From: Zygnema circumcarinatum SAG 698-1b
Lineage: Eukaryota > Plantae > Zygnematophyceae
NCBI GenBank assembly: GCA_037447605.1
Contig: CM074814.1
Location: 2,604,001-2,668,000, forward strand
Direction: 5' to 3'
DNA: 64,000 nt
The notes under the pieces are model-generated. The model did no database searches. It was not told the DNA's origin and worked only from the letters and a program-made list of their open reading frames with translations. Below are positions 1-10,851 of the stretch, in pieces. How positions within the stretch are numbered: position 1 is the first letter of the stretch; the number at the start of each line of letters is the position of its first letter. Both the position numbers and the translations under genes were made by a program.

Positions 1-458
1 TCAAAACCCTCCACTTCCTGAGGGAAAAGGAGAGGAAGAAATGAGAGTCACCCTTTGACATTTCTCATCTCCCACTCCATTGTACCACAATAGGGCTCGA
101 GTGGGTAAGAATCGTTACAGCGGTTTTAGGTCCTCTCTCCCCTCTCTCCTCTCCCTCCCTCCCTCCTGCTCCATCTCCCCGTCCCCAGTCCCCTCTCCCC
201 ATCTCCCCTCTCCTCCCTCCTCCCTCTCTCCTCCCATCCTTGCCCTCACTCTCATGTCTTCCTCTGCTCCCCCTGTCCCCCTCACCTCCCATTTCCCCGC
301 TGCCCTCACCCCACTCTTGTCTCTCCTCTCGCCTGTCTCCCCTCTCCCTCCTCCGCACTCTCTCCCTCACCCTCTCCTACCCCGGTTTTCCACATTGCGT
401 AATCTTTCACTTTTGAGGGATTTCTTAGTAACTTTTTGGGTTTCATTTTCTTCTTGTT

Positions 459-1310
459 TACCTTCTTTAGCAAGCAGATCGATTTCGCGTAGTCTCTCAC
501 TGTTTCCGAGTAATGGCGGTACACAATTGTCGCATTCGACTGCTGAATTTCTTCCAAAGAAGGGCCTCCCGTGATATATGCGTGGAACACAGTAACGGGC
601 TCTCCAGGATGAGAGGTGTTCCATGCACTCCACCCTTTAAGAAATGTCCGCATAGAAATGTACGGAGTGATGCTGCAAGACAGCGAATGAGCAAACCAAT
701 ATTTCATGAAACCGTAGAGTTCGCCAAATGCAAATGGTCCGACAAACTCTAAAAAAAGCATCATAGTGCCTCGACCTTAGCAAGGTCCGATTCAAATTGT
801 GTGTTCCAGAATCCTTCCTTCCTCTTTCTTCTTTCTAAGAAGCTGCCACGTCTCGCTCCGATCTTGCCAAGGTGTCCTGATCCTACCACCTCCTTCCGCC
901 CTCCCTCTCTCCCTTCCTCGATCTCTTGCCCTCGGTCGCATCTCCCTCTCTGTGTGCGCGCCTCTCTCTCTCACTCTCTATCCTGCACTGCCTCCCTCCC
1001 TCGCCCTCCCTCTCTTCTCTTTCTTGCCCATCTCATCCCCTTTCTCTCTCCCTCTTACTCATCCCCCTTACTGCCTCTCCGTTCCGCAGTCTTCTTCCCC
1101 CCCCACCCTATCGATCCCACGTCTCTGAACCACTCCCTCTCTCCCTCCCTCCCTCCCNNNNNNNNNNAGAGGGGGGGAGGAAGGGAGGGAGGGGGAGGGA
1201 GGGAGAGAGGAAGAAGGATATGTGGAAGGGAGCGAACAAGCGCCGTGTGTAGAAAGCACGGCGATGATTATGGAGCACAATGAAAGGTTGAGACACGTGG
1301 TCTTCGCCAT
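459..1310 (-). CDS. 5' part of an intron-containing secretory/Golgi protein gene, possibly glycosyltransferase (GT92-like); probably continues off the left edge
   Basis: ATG at 1310 gives the hydrophobic N-terminus MAKTTCLNLSLCSIIIAVLSTHGACSLP plus an S/P-rich stem. A candidate exon 749-459 (tttttag acceptor, aag|gtaaac donor) encodes ...MKYWF...VFHAY...IVYRHY..., only loosely GT92-like. N-gap at 1158-1167. Confidence 0.35.
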
Positions 1311-1934
1311 GGAAGGAGAGAGAGAGAGAGAGGGAGAGAGAGAGAGAGTGAGAGAGAGAGAGAGGAGAGGAGAGAGGTAGAGCAAGAGAGAGAGAGAGAG
1401 ACACAGAGACAGACAGACAGACAGACAGACACACACACACACACGAATAACCGTCGTTTTCAAATTACCTACGGGCAAGGTCAATGTTTGACTTAGAACG
1501 TGGACTGGAAATTGTTTTTAACCAGTCAAATGCCCCCACGTGTCCCCTTGACTATTTGCTTGACGTCACCTGGCACCCTGCTTCGCGCGTCCGCGGACCG
1601 CCGGCCGAGGTCGCATGCAATGCGTGACTCGGGAAGGCTTCGCTTCATTTATTTATGGTAAAGCGTACTATCTTTGACTCCGCGCTTCGTGGAACCGGAA
1701 CCTATGGAATTGCGCCACGTGGCAAATGTAAGTACAGCTACAGTTCGAAGTTACCACGTTGCAGCCCAGTGTCCACGGTGGCGTCGGCCTCGGGCGGCAG
1801 CAACGACCTGAAACGAGTCGTCTGCCCATAGGGATGGCCGGCTGTACGGAAATTAGAATTTATTACAGTACTATAAAAAGGAAACTGATAAATGCACGTC
1901 GCTTTTGGATCGATACACTTCTATTCACCGGGAA

Positions 1935-2225
1935 CATTTTTAAATCCGCGCCCCAATTTTTTTTTTTGAGTGAAAAAAATATCGGCCTGCCCGAATCCTC
2001 TCGGAGCGGAAGATCCGTCCACCACGAGATCGTTCGGGGGTGTCCGTCCTTCACACATACGGTGAATCGCAGCCGTCCATTCCCAGGTAGATTGCAACAC
2101 GACAAGCGTTAGATCTGCAGCTCGGCTTGGTCCCAGCGAATGGCACGTGCCCACGTGTCCCGCCAAAGCCGGCTCATTTGTGTTTCCGTACAAACGTTGT
2201 ATGGTCGCAGCTTCGAGGAAAGGCG
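1935..2225. repeat. Degenerate repeat module A (probable DNA-transposon end relic)
   Basis: 1981-2020 matches 3594-3630 directly. About 2045-2225 matches about 3644-3885 in reverse complement (e.g. gggacacgtgggc..gtgccattcgctggg..cagctgcagatc). Confidence 0.6.
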
Positions 2226-2290
2226 AAATTCCCGACATTGAGATCAAATGAAAACGTGGCAGATGGTGATTGGTTTCCAGTTGTGTCAAT

Positions 2291-2449
2291 AGGGGGTGTC
2301 AGACTTAACAAAATCTTACGAAAAGCGTTACGAAAAAAAAGGTTACGAAAGTACTCCGCCGCAGGAGGATCGCGATTATACTGGAGTACTCGTTCTGATG
2401 TTAAACTTACGAACACGCGTACTGAAATTTTTTAAGTCTGACACCCCCT
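2291..2449. mobile_element. 159-bp MITE, PIF/Harbinger-like (copy 1)
   Basis: TIR AGGGGGTGTCAGACTT...AAGTCTGACACCCCCT, 3-bp TSD AAT (2288-2290 and 2450-2452). Inverted second copy at 44909-45067 differs at 2 positions. Confidence 0.9.
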
Positions 2450-2942
2450 AATGGCGAGCCGCCGCAGGCTGGCCGGCCCAGCTCATAATTTTGCGGAGAT
2501 CTCGGGCCGAGAGACGCGCGGACTTGCACATGCGAGGAAAAAAAGGAAAAAAGCATTTTCCGTTTTTAAGCCTTTCTTGTCGATTTTAAAATCGGCCCGG
2601 TGAATAACGGGGTATGTCGATCCAGAAAAGGGGTGAATTTGTCACTACCTTTCAAAAACTGCAACTTCTGGAAATGTCAAAAATGGTCGAAGGCATGGTA
2701 CAAAGCCTGTTGACTTCTTGACAAGTCGCTGTCAAAGTTCTTGGCAGTTTCTGGATTTTTGGAAGAGGCGCCCTTTTTCAATTTTGCCCTTTCGAACCGC
2801 TAAAAACTCCGTGATATCGCAGATATTGCCAATATATTTCTAGTATCGCCGGCGTACCGGTTGTGGCCGACAAACGTTGCCGGTGCTGCGCCGCTCCCGC
2901 CGGTACTGTACGGTATTTCCGCGGCGACCTGCCGCGACGGGA

Positions 2943-3120
2943 TTTTTACAGTAGGCACAGATACGATGTAAGATCAGATTGCTTCCACCGACATTTTTAC
3001 ATAATGCACCGACATAATGTACAATCAGGATGCTTCCACGGACAGTTTTTTACATAAGGCACCGATATTATGTACGATCAGAGGATGCTTCCACCGACAG
3101 GTTTACATAAGTCACCGATA
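2943..3120. repeat. About 52-bp tandem minisatellite, 3.5 degenerate copies
   Basis: Units start at about 2943, 2994, 3046 and 3101; consensus TTTTTACATAA(T/G)GCACCGA(C/T)A(T)TATGTAC(A/G)ATCAGGATGCTTCCACCGACAG. Confidence 0.85.
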
Positions 3121-3534
3121 AATCAAATGAGGAGGACCAATCAGCCAATGCGAGCTGTGGACCAATCAGCGTCGGTCAACCAAATTCGAACCACCTCGCT
3201 TTATGTACGGAGGGAGGGGAGGGGACGGCAGTACAGGGCGGCGGCCTCCGCCATTGCTTGCAGGGGGCCGCAGGGCGAGTCCGGACAAGGCCGCCCGCCC
3301 AGTCTACCAGCTGGCTGTACGAAATACGTACGGACAATGGGAGACATGCTACGTCAAAGGTCAGCCGAGCGAACTGATTGGCTGCGGTCCGAGAGCCCAT
3401 AATGACTGGGCGGAGAAGAATACAAAATAATTTCCGGGCACTGATACCGAATTCACATGTCGTTTAACAGGAATTTCCCGCACATGAGGACGCGCCAACT
3501 GCCGCCCACAAAAAATAAACGAGAATGATAACCT

Positions 3535-3885
3535 TTCCCCCCCCTTTTTGGATATCCCCTCCCCTTGATTTTTTTTGAAAGAAAAATATGTTAGGGCCTG
3601 CCCGAATCCGCTCAGAGCGGATGATCCGTTCGGCTCGCACTTGCGCCTTTCCTCGGAGCTGCGACCGTCTGACTTTTGAAGGACCCAATGCGGTTACAGT
3701 ACCTAGATCCGTACGGACGCGTTCAGGCGAGCCGCGTGCCGTCCGTCGAACTTACCGTCGGACCGTCATACTGGGACACGTGGGCGTGTGCCATTCGCTG
3801 GGCCGAGCCCAGCTGCAGATCGAACGGTTGCCATGGTGCAATCTGCGCGAGAAACGGCGGAGATTCAACGCAACGTGTTAAGGAC
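3535..3885. repeat. Degenerate repeat module B (direct + inverted homologue of module A)
   Basis: See the 1935-2225 feature. Confidence 0.6.
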
Positions 3886-4830
3886 GCGCGCAGGAGGACG
3901 GGATATTCAAAAAGGGGTGAGGGGTTACCATTCTCCAAAATAAAATGTGATATCCGACGTGGCGTGATTTCGACCGTTCGATGAGACTGACCCCAATTCT
4001 CGGCCGCGCGATTTGCGATCCGCCTCTAGAGATTTGCGACCAGGACGACCGCAAAAATGGATTTAACCGCTGCCAACCGGTTTTGTGACGTCATAATTTC
4101 CAGTTGCGTGTGTCATCAACGAATGAAGTAGCGACTATTTTCGTCGTTGTGTGCACGCCGTCGGGCGGCAGAATTTGACCTGATCGCTGGTGCCCCAACC
4201 AGTCGTACTGCATGCTGTCACGTTGCTGGCACATCGAGCGGCAGAATTTGTCACCTGCGCCAACCAACAGGTCGCCAGTTGGTAGCGTCTCCGCAATACG
4301 ACAGCAGAGAGAATCGGCTTCTACATTATGGCAAAGGCTGTGACTTGTTTGTCGTTTTGTGCACGCCGTCGTGTTCTCATCGGCCAACTGGATGTACGAA
4401 AAACTAGAACGGAACAGCGTCATGGAAAACTCTTCACATGGAGGGTGACAAACTAAACAGCAACGGCGCACGGAACAGAGCTCCGAATATGGTTCATGTG
4501 AATGTCACGTCACGTCACGTCCCCGCCCTGCACGTGTACAATTTGAGTCCGGTCTCTCCATGTGGCCTCCATGTGGCAGTTGCTCGAAGATGCCGGTCGG
4601 TACAGTACTGTACTTTGTGCGATTTGGCGATGCGAGCGTGCATGCAGATGCATGCAAGGCCGCGGATCCGGCGGTATCTTGGCCCCACCTCGGAGCAGCC
4701 TGCAGCAAATGACTCTAGCAGCAGAGCAGGTCATAGACAGGGCAGAGACTGTTAAGAGCTGGATAGCATACTTTGCTGTGATCGGATACTTTTCCATATT
4801 CATCTGTCTTCAAGTCTAGAGAGGCAATTC

Positions 4831-5341
4831 TGTTGTACAGCACTAGAGACTGTACAACGTTTTGGGACATAGACTCTCTAGGGAGGTTAGATGCGCCTTG
4901 CAGGTGTTAGAGGCGCATGTGTACGGACGTCCGAGTATACCGTACTGTACCGTACTGTACTGTACCGTACCACTTTTACCTGGTGTATGAAGTGTACGGA
5001 CAGTATAGATGTACAGGAAGTGTGGCGCCGCATCGCCACGCATAGGAGTCAGCCTTCTGGCTTGAACCCTTAATCGATCTAGCCGCTTTCAGAGAGCTTG
5101 CTGAGACGTTTTGCTGTAGCCAAGGCAGGTGCTTATGGGATATGTGTGGGTTAGTGCAAGGAGGGACAAGTAGTGTGGCACTGCTTTACATACCTTGTAC
5201 TCATTCATTGAAAACAAGAGTTTTGGGCCGGCGGGGCTTTTCTCAATCTGTTGAGCTTGTCTTATGTCTGAAATGTCTGAGACTGGAGATTCAGGAGGAG
5301 GAGACACGGCTGGTGGTAAATCCATGGATGGAGTTACAACA
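4831..5341 (+). repeat. 5' LTR of copia element 1 (511 bp)
   Basis: Direct repeat of 10030-10543, followed by the PBS. Confidence 0.97.
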
Positions 5342-5343
5342 AG

Positions 5344-5355
5344 TGGTATCAGAGC
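5344..5355 (+). promoter_or_regulatory. Primer-binding site for initiator tRNA-Met (element 1)
   Basis: TGGTATCAGAGC 2 nt after the LTR end. Confidence 0.95.
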
Positions 5356-6697
5356 TTTCGGATCTGAGGACAGTGGGAAGACCCACATCCAAATCTTCCG
5401 AGGCGGCACAAGTACAGAGTACAAGGAGTGGAGATGGGAGATGACCGCTCTACTCGAAACCAGGAAGCTGCTCCCGTATGTCGATGGTACCATCAAGCCA
5501 CTCGACAAGAAGACAGCGCCTGCAGCCGATTTTGAAGCTTGGACTGAAAAGGATGCCAAATGTAGACACTTCTTTGCTGCAAGTATTAAAGGCAAGCCAG
5601 CTCACATGCTCATGCATCTGAAATCTGCTCGTGAGATGTGGGAGAAACTAGAGGCCACTTATGATCTAGTTGACATCACTGGAAGGTCAAATTTATATGA
5701 TGAATTAGCAACCATTAAAATGACTTCAGATGAGACAACACTAGATTACTTGATGAGGTTTGGCAATCTAATGCAGAAGTTCACTATGCTGGACAAGGTT
5801 TTAGATGAGGATCACCAAATCAATGCATTTTTCAGAGGCCTGCCCAAACGTTTTGACGTCACTGTGAATGGCCTGCGGACTCACCACTCCTTCTCTACAC
5901 TCACGTTAGCCCATGCCATGGCCCGTATTAGAGAGGAGGACACATTTCAAAATGCATCCAGGCCAGGGGCAGATGGTGTCATGGCAATGCGGCAGCAGAG
6001 CCTCCGAGAGCAGCGTGACCGAGGAGGACTTGACAATTTCTGCACTTACTGCAAGAGGAAGGGGCACATTGAAGCGGAGTGTCGGACCAAGAAGGCAGCC
6101 CAAGGCAGCGGGCAGTCTGACAGCGCAGAAGGCAAGGGGAAGGGCAAAACTGTCATCTGCTATAAGTGTGATCAGCCAGGTCACATTGCCAGGAACTGCA
6201 CAGGCATAGCTGGAACAGAAGTAGCAGAGCCTGCACAGGTAGAGAGTAGTTTGATGGCTAGGGCTGCCAAGAGAATCGATTATGTAAATCAAGTTTATCT
6301 TAATGACAAGAATCATTTACCGTGGCTCATTGACTCAGGGGCTTCCAAACACATGTGTAGTGACACCTCTCTCTTTGCAGAAATGCAGCCTTTGGCTGAG
6401 GCTAGATGTGTGTTTTCAGCGACAGGAGATCAAGTTGATGTCACTCATGGTGGAACTGTCCATTTTGCGCCTGTTGGAGAAGGCACACCTTTCCAACTCA
6501 GGCTTGGCAATGTCTTGCATACACCCACGTTACAAAACAATTTCTTTTCTGTTAGTCAGGTGTGTGGCAAAGGCTATGAAGGAATTTTCAGAGAAAATTC
6601 ATGTAAAATTTTACATAGAAAAACTCGGAAAATTCTATGTAGAGGGACACAAAGGGACGGCCTGTACTACTTAGATTGGCAACCGTCGATTCAGGAG

Positions 6698-7023
6698 AAG
6701 GTCGCCGCTGCACGCCTCGGACGGCGCAGATGGTCGCGGTGGAAATTACGCCCGCGTGCCCAGGGCAACGCGGCTTGACGCTGACTCCACACGCCTGAAC
6801 CTTTGGCGCCCTATGAGCCGGCAGTAGCGTCGCGCATTACCCGAAGCGCGGCGGCGGCCGCCCCGATCCGTCGCGCTCACCGGACCATCGGGCGGCCCCT
6901 TACAGCATTGCAAAGCGGCCAGTTGCCAATGGCGTAGCGCAGCGCCATGCTCCCATGGCACCAGAGGGCACGGGCGATCCCCCTCAGCGGCGCACAGGCT
7001 CCAGCTGCAATGGGGGCATAGAG
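6698..7023. other. 326-bp GC-rich foreign insertion in the copia pol
   Basis: Removing it (GAG duplicated at 6695-6697 and 7021-7023) restores LDWQPSIQE-SVHQVSDSAQLWHRRLGH, collinear with element 2. Confidence 0.85.
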
Positions 7024-10000
7024 TCTGTGCATCAAGTCTCTGATTCGGCGCAGCTTTGGCACAGGCGCCTTGGCCATCTATCGTACAGCGGTCTGGCGAC
7101 CCTTGCTACCCAGAGCCTTGTGAGGGGGCTCCCCTTTACGAAACTCTCCAAGGTCGAAACTGTCTGTCCGGACTGTGCCGTGGGCAAGAGCCACCGTCAC
7201 CCCTTCCGAAACCATGGCGTGGACTCTTTCCGCGCATCCCAGCGGTTGGAACTAGTTCACAGCGACTTGTGTGGGCCAATCACCCCAATGACGCCCGGCG
7301 GTGCACGGTACTTCATAACCTTCCTTGATGACTTTTCTAGGAAGATTTGGGTTGTACTGCTGGCACATAAATCTGACGCCTTTGAGGCCTTTCAGGATTG
7401 GCAGCTCCAGGCCGAACGGCAGTCCGGTGAGAAACTTCAGCGAATCCGGACGGATAATGGGGGAGAGTACAAATCCATCCAATTCTCTGACTATCTCAAG
7501 TCTTTGGGGATTCGTCATGAGTTCACAGCGCCATACAGTCCCCAGAGCAATGGTGCAGCAGAAAGAGTGAATCGTACTCTTGGAGACATGGCGAGGTCCA
7601 TGCTGAGTGAGTCCCCCTTCTCCTTGACCTTTTGGGGAGAGGCCATCCTCACAGCAGCCTATCTTCGGAACAGGTGTCCCTCTAACGCCTTGAAAGATGA
7701 AGGGCGAGTACCTGAAGAAATGTGGAGCGGCAGCAAGCCAACAGTTCAACACCTCAAAGTGTGGGGCTCCCAGTGCTGGACTACGATTCCCAAGGTGCAG
7801 CAGACTACCAAGTTTAGCCCAAGAGGAGAGTTTGGTTACTTCCTCGGCTACAATGATGATAGTCTGACCTACCGCGTCGTGGAATCCCTCTACGAACAAG
7901 GTTATGACTACCCGAGATCTCCTTGTTGAGGAGACCATCACGGAGGCAGATCAAGCGAGGATGCGGCACTTACCACTCCCAGACATCGAGTTCCTCCCTG
8001 TGAGGGACACTCTGGGAGACGAGGCGTTCCCACCACCTCCACCTAGCCCTTTGGATGAAGAGTTTGCAGAGCAGTCTTCCATGGCTGAGCAGCCATTGTG
8101 GTCACAACCACTCTCGAATGAGCAGCAACATAGCTCATCAGAGCTCCCGGGGGAACTGCCTGATGAGCTTTCTGACGACCCTGATATGGGCCCTATGGAA
8201 GATGATGTACCTTTGGCACCGGCACCATCCGAGGTACTGCCCACGGCTAGCCGTAGATGGGGTCCACACTCAGAGAAGAAGCAACGACCCGTCCGGGATA
8301 CCAGAACCCCGGATTGGTATGGTGAGTGGAAGCGCTCCCCGTGGAAGAAGAAGGGCTCCAAAAGGCGACCTCCAGAAGAAGTTGAGGAGAGAGTTCCGTT
8401 GGACTCTGCTGACTTTGCAGGGATGGCCATTTGTCTCATGGCCCACGCCGAGGAGCCTCAAACATATTCCGCTGCATTGGAGGGCGCGGATGCAGGGAAG
8501 TGGAAGGAAGCCATTGATAGTGAGCTAAACAGCCTTAAGGAGAATGGAACGTGGCGGTTGGAGCCGCTGCCCCCAGGACGAAAAGCTATCGGCTGCAAGT
8601 GGGTATTCAAGGTCAAACGGAAGTCAGATGGGAGTGTTGACAGATTCAAGGCACGGTTAGTGGCCAAAGGGTTCTCACAGAAGTACGGCATAGACTATTC
8701 TGAGACCTTTGCACCCGTGGTCAAGTTTAACTCACTCCGAGCATTGATCTCTATCGCCGCTGAAGAAGGAATGCACGTCCACCAGTTGGACATCAAGACT
8801 GCTTTCCTCTATGGGGACCTCCAAGAAGAAATCTACATGCAGCAGCCTGAGGGGACTGTTGACAAAAGGAACAGACATCTTGTGTGCGGAGACTTGTTAA
8901 AAGCCTCTATGGGCTCAAACAAGCACCGAGGATCTGGTACCAGAAGATTCATGACCTGTTGGTAGTGAACGGCTTCACTCGGTTCCATGCTGACCATTCA
9001 GTGTACAAGAAGGGGAAGGGAGGTGCCCAGCTGTTTGTAGGCATCTACGTTGATGACCTGATCATTGTGAGTGCCTCTTTGCCCAGTATTCAGGGTCTCA
9101 AAGACCTTCTACAACAGAATTTTCAGATGTCGGACCTCGGCCCTGCAGAATACCTCTTGACATCGGCTTAAGAGGGAAGGATGTGATATGTTCCTCTGCG
9201 GGGAAGCGATGTATTTAGAAGTTTTAGTGAGAAATTCAATGTGGGCAGTGCATCCCAAGCTCCACCCCCATGGACGCCAGCGTGAAGCTCAGCTGTGACA
9301 TGAGCCCTCAGACTGAGGCAGAGACGAGAGAGATGATAAAGATTCCATACCGATCTGCCATCGGGAGCTTGATGTACCTCATGGTGGGCACACGCCCTGA
9401 TCTGGCCAAGGCCGTCAGCACTGCAAGTAGGTACATGGAAAATCCTGGGGTCAAGCATTGGGAGGCTGTCAAGAGGATCTTCAAGTACCTCAAGGGCACA
9501 TCTCATTTCGGAATTCGGTTTGAGAGGGGGAGCGGCACTCCTGTGTATGGCTACACAGATGCTGATTGGGGCGGGGACCTCGATACTTCCAAATCCACTT
9601 CGGGCTATGCCTATCTCTATGCACGTGGGGTCATTTCTTGGAGTTCGAAGTTGCAAGAGACAGTTGCTCTCTCGACCACCGAATCCGAATATGTGGCTGC
9701 TTGTCACGCCGCTCGGGAAGCCGTGTGGTTATCGTTATTCTTTGAGGAATGTGGGCGGCCCCAACTTCCCTTGCCGATTCTCACCGACAACCAGTCCTCC
9801 ATTGCGCTTGTTGAGAATCCAGTGTTTCATCGGCGGAGCAAGCACATCAAGCTCCAATATCATTACACGCGGGAACTCGTGGAGGCGGGTGAGATCACAG
9901 TGTCCTTTGTCGAGACAGAAAACATGGCAGCGGACATGCTTACAAAGGGGGTCAGCGGGCCCATCATGTGGAGGAATGGTCTTCTACTGGGGTTGGGTCC

Positions 10001-10029
10001 GTTTCGAGCCTAGGCCCCAAGAGGGGGAA

Positions 10030-10543
10030 TGTTGTACAGCACTAGAGACTGTACAACGTTTTGGGACATAGACTCTCTAGGGAGGTTAGATGCGCCTTGC
10101 AGGTGTTAGAGGCGCATGTGTACGGACGTCCGAGTATACCGTACTGTACCGTACTGTACTGTACCGTACCACTTTTACCTGGTGTATGAAGTGTACGGAC
10201 AGTATAGATGTACAGGAAGTGTGGCGCCGCATCGCCACGCATAGGAGTCAGCCTTCTGACGGCTTGAACCCTTAATCGATCTAGCCGCTTTCAGAGAGCT
10301 TGCTGAGACGTTTGGCTGTAGCCAGGGCAGGTGCTTATGGGATATGTGTGGGTTAGTGCAAGGAGGGACAAGTAGTGTGGCACTGCTTTACATACCTTGT
10401 ACTCATTCATTGAAAACAAGAGTTTTGGGCCGGCGGGGCTTTTCTCAATCTGTTGAGCTTGTCTTATGTCTGAAATGTCTGAGACTGGAGATTCAGGAGG
10501 AGGAGACACGGCTGGTGGTAAATCCATGGATGGAGTTACAACA
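10030..10543 (+). repeat. 3' LTR of copia element 1 (514 bp)
   Basis: Preceded by the PPT, followed by TSD AATTC. Confidence 0.97.
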
Positions 10544-10671
10544 AATTCCAGCTTCCAATTTTGAAATTCAGGATGTTAATAAAGCCAACCCCACTTGTGG
10601 GTGCAGTCAGGGCAGGTATTGAAATGATGAGATGAATCGATATCTGATGGAACCAATCCCTCATTTCTGCC

Positions 10672-10851
10672 ATGTTGGGGGATCCCTGGGACGCAGGTCC
10701 CTTAGAGGCGCCCCGGCCACTCTCTCTGGTAGAGAGAGCGGTAGTGCTGGCCCTTGCCGTCTCCCTCGACAACGATTTCTTCTCCCGCCACAGGCAGGAC
10801 TGTAGAACCCACTTGCATTCTGTTTTTACATCAAGCAGGAGGGGGGTGTGA
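10672..10851 (+). pseudogene. Phospholipid-scramblase C-terminal fragment
   Basis: Translates RPLSLVERAVVLALAVSLDNDFFSRH, resembling the plant scramblase C-terminal motif RPLTLxERAVxLxLAxSLDNDYFSRH (recalled). No upstream exons recognised. Confidence 0.55.

Larger units (their letters stand above)
5264..10013 (+). pseudogene. gag-pol polyprotein of element 1, broken by a 326-bp insertion and several frameshifts
   Basis: Two CCHC knuckles, protease WLIDSGASKHM, GAG-pre-IN WHRRLGH, integrase D-D-E (FLDD/IRTDNG/NGAAER), RT QLDIKTAFLYG and YVDD, RNase H YTDADWG/ESEY/ADMLTK. Frame breaks at about 6698, 7879, 8889 and 9155-9270. Confidence 0.95.
4831..10543 (+). mobile_element. Full-length Ty1/copia LTR retrotransposon (element 1), coding-disrupted
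   Basis: TG...CA LTRs 4831-5341 and 10030-10543 differ by 2 substitutions and a 3-bp indel. TSD AATTC (4826-4830 and 10544-10548), PBS TGGTATCAGAGC at 5344-5355, PPT AAGAGGGGGAA at 10019-10029. Domain order is gag-PR-IN-RT-RH. Confidence 0.98.

Noticed and set aside
2943-3120. CRISPR-like array
   Set aside because: Eukaryotic context, contiguous degenerate tandem units with no unique spacers, and no cas genes.
7870-9270. Programmed frameshifting in element 1 pol
   Set aside because: No slippery sites, several indels of different size, and a dense cluster at 9155-9270 in an element with near-identical LTRs. Mutation or sequencing/assembly error is more likely.
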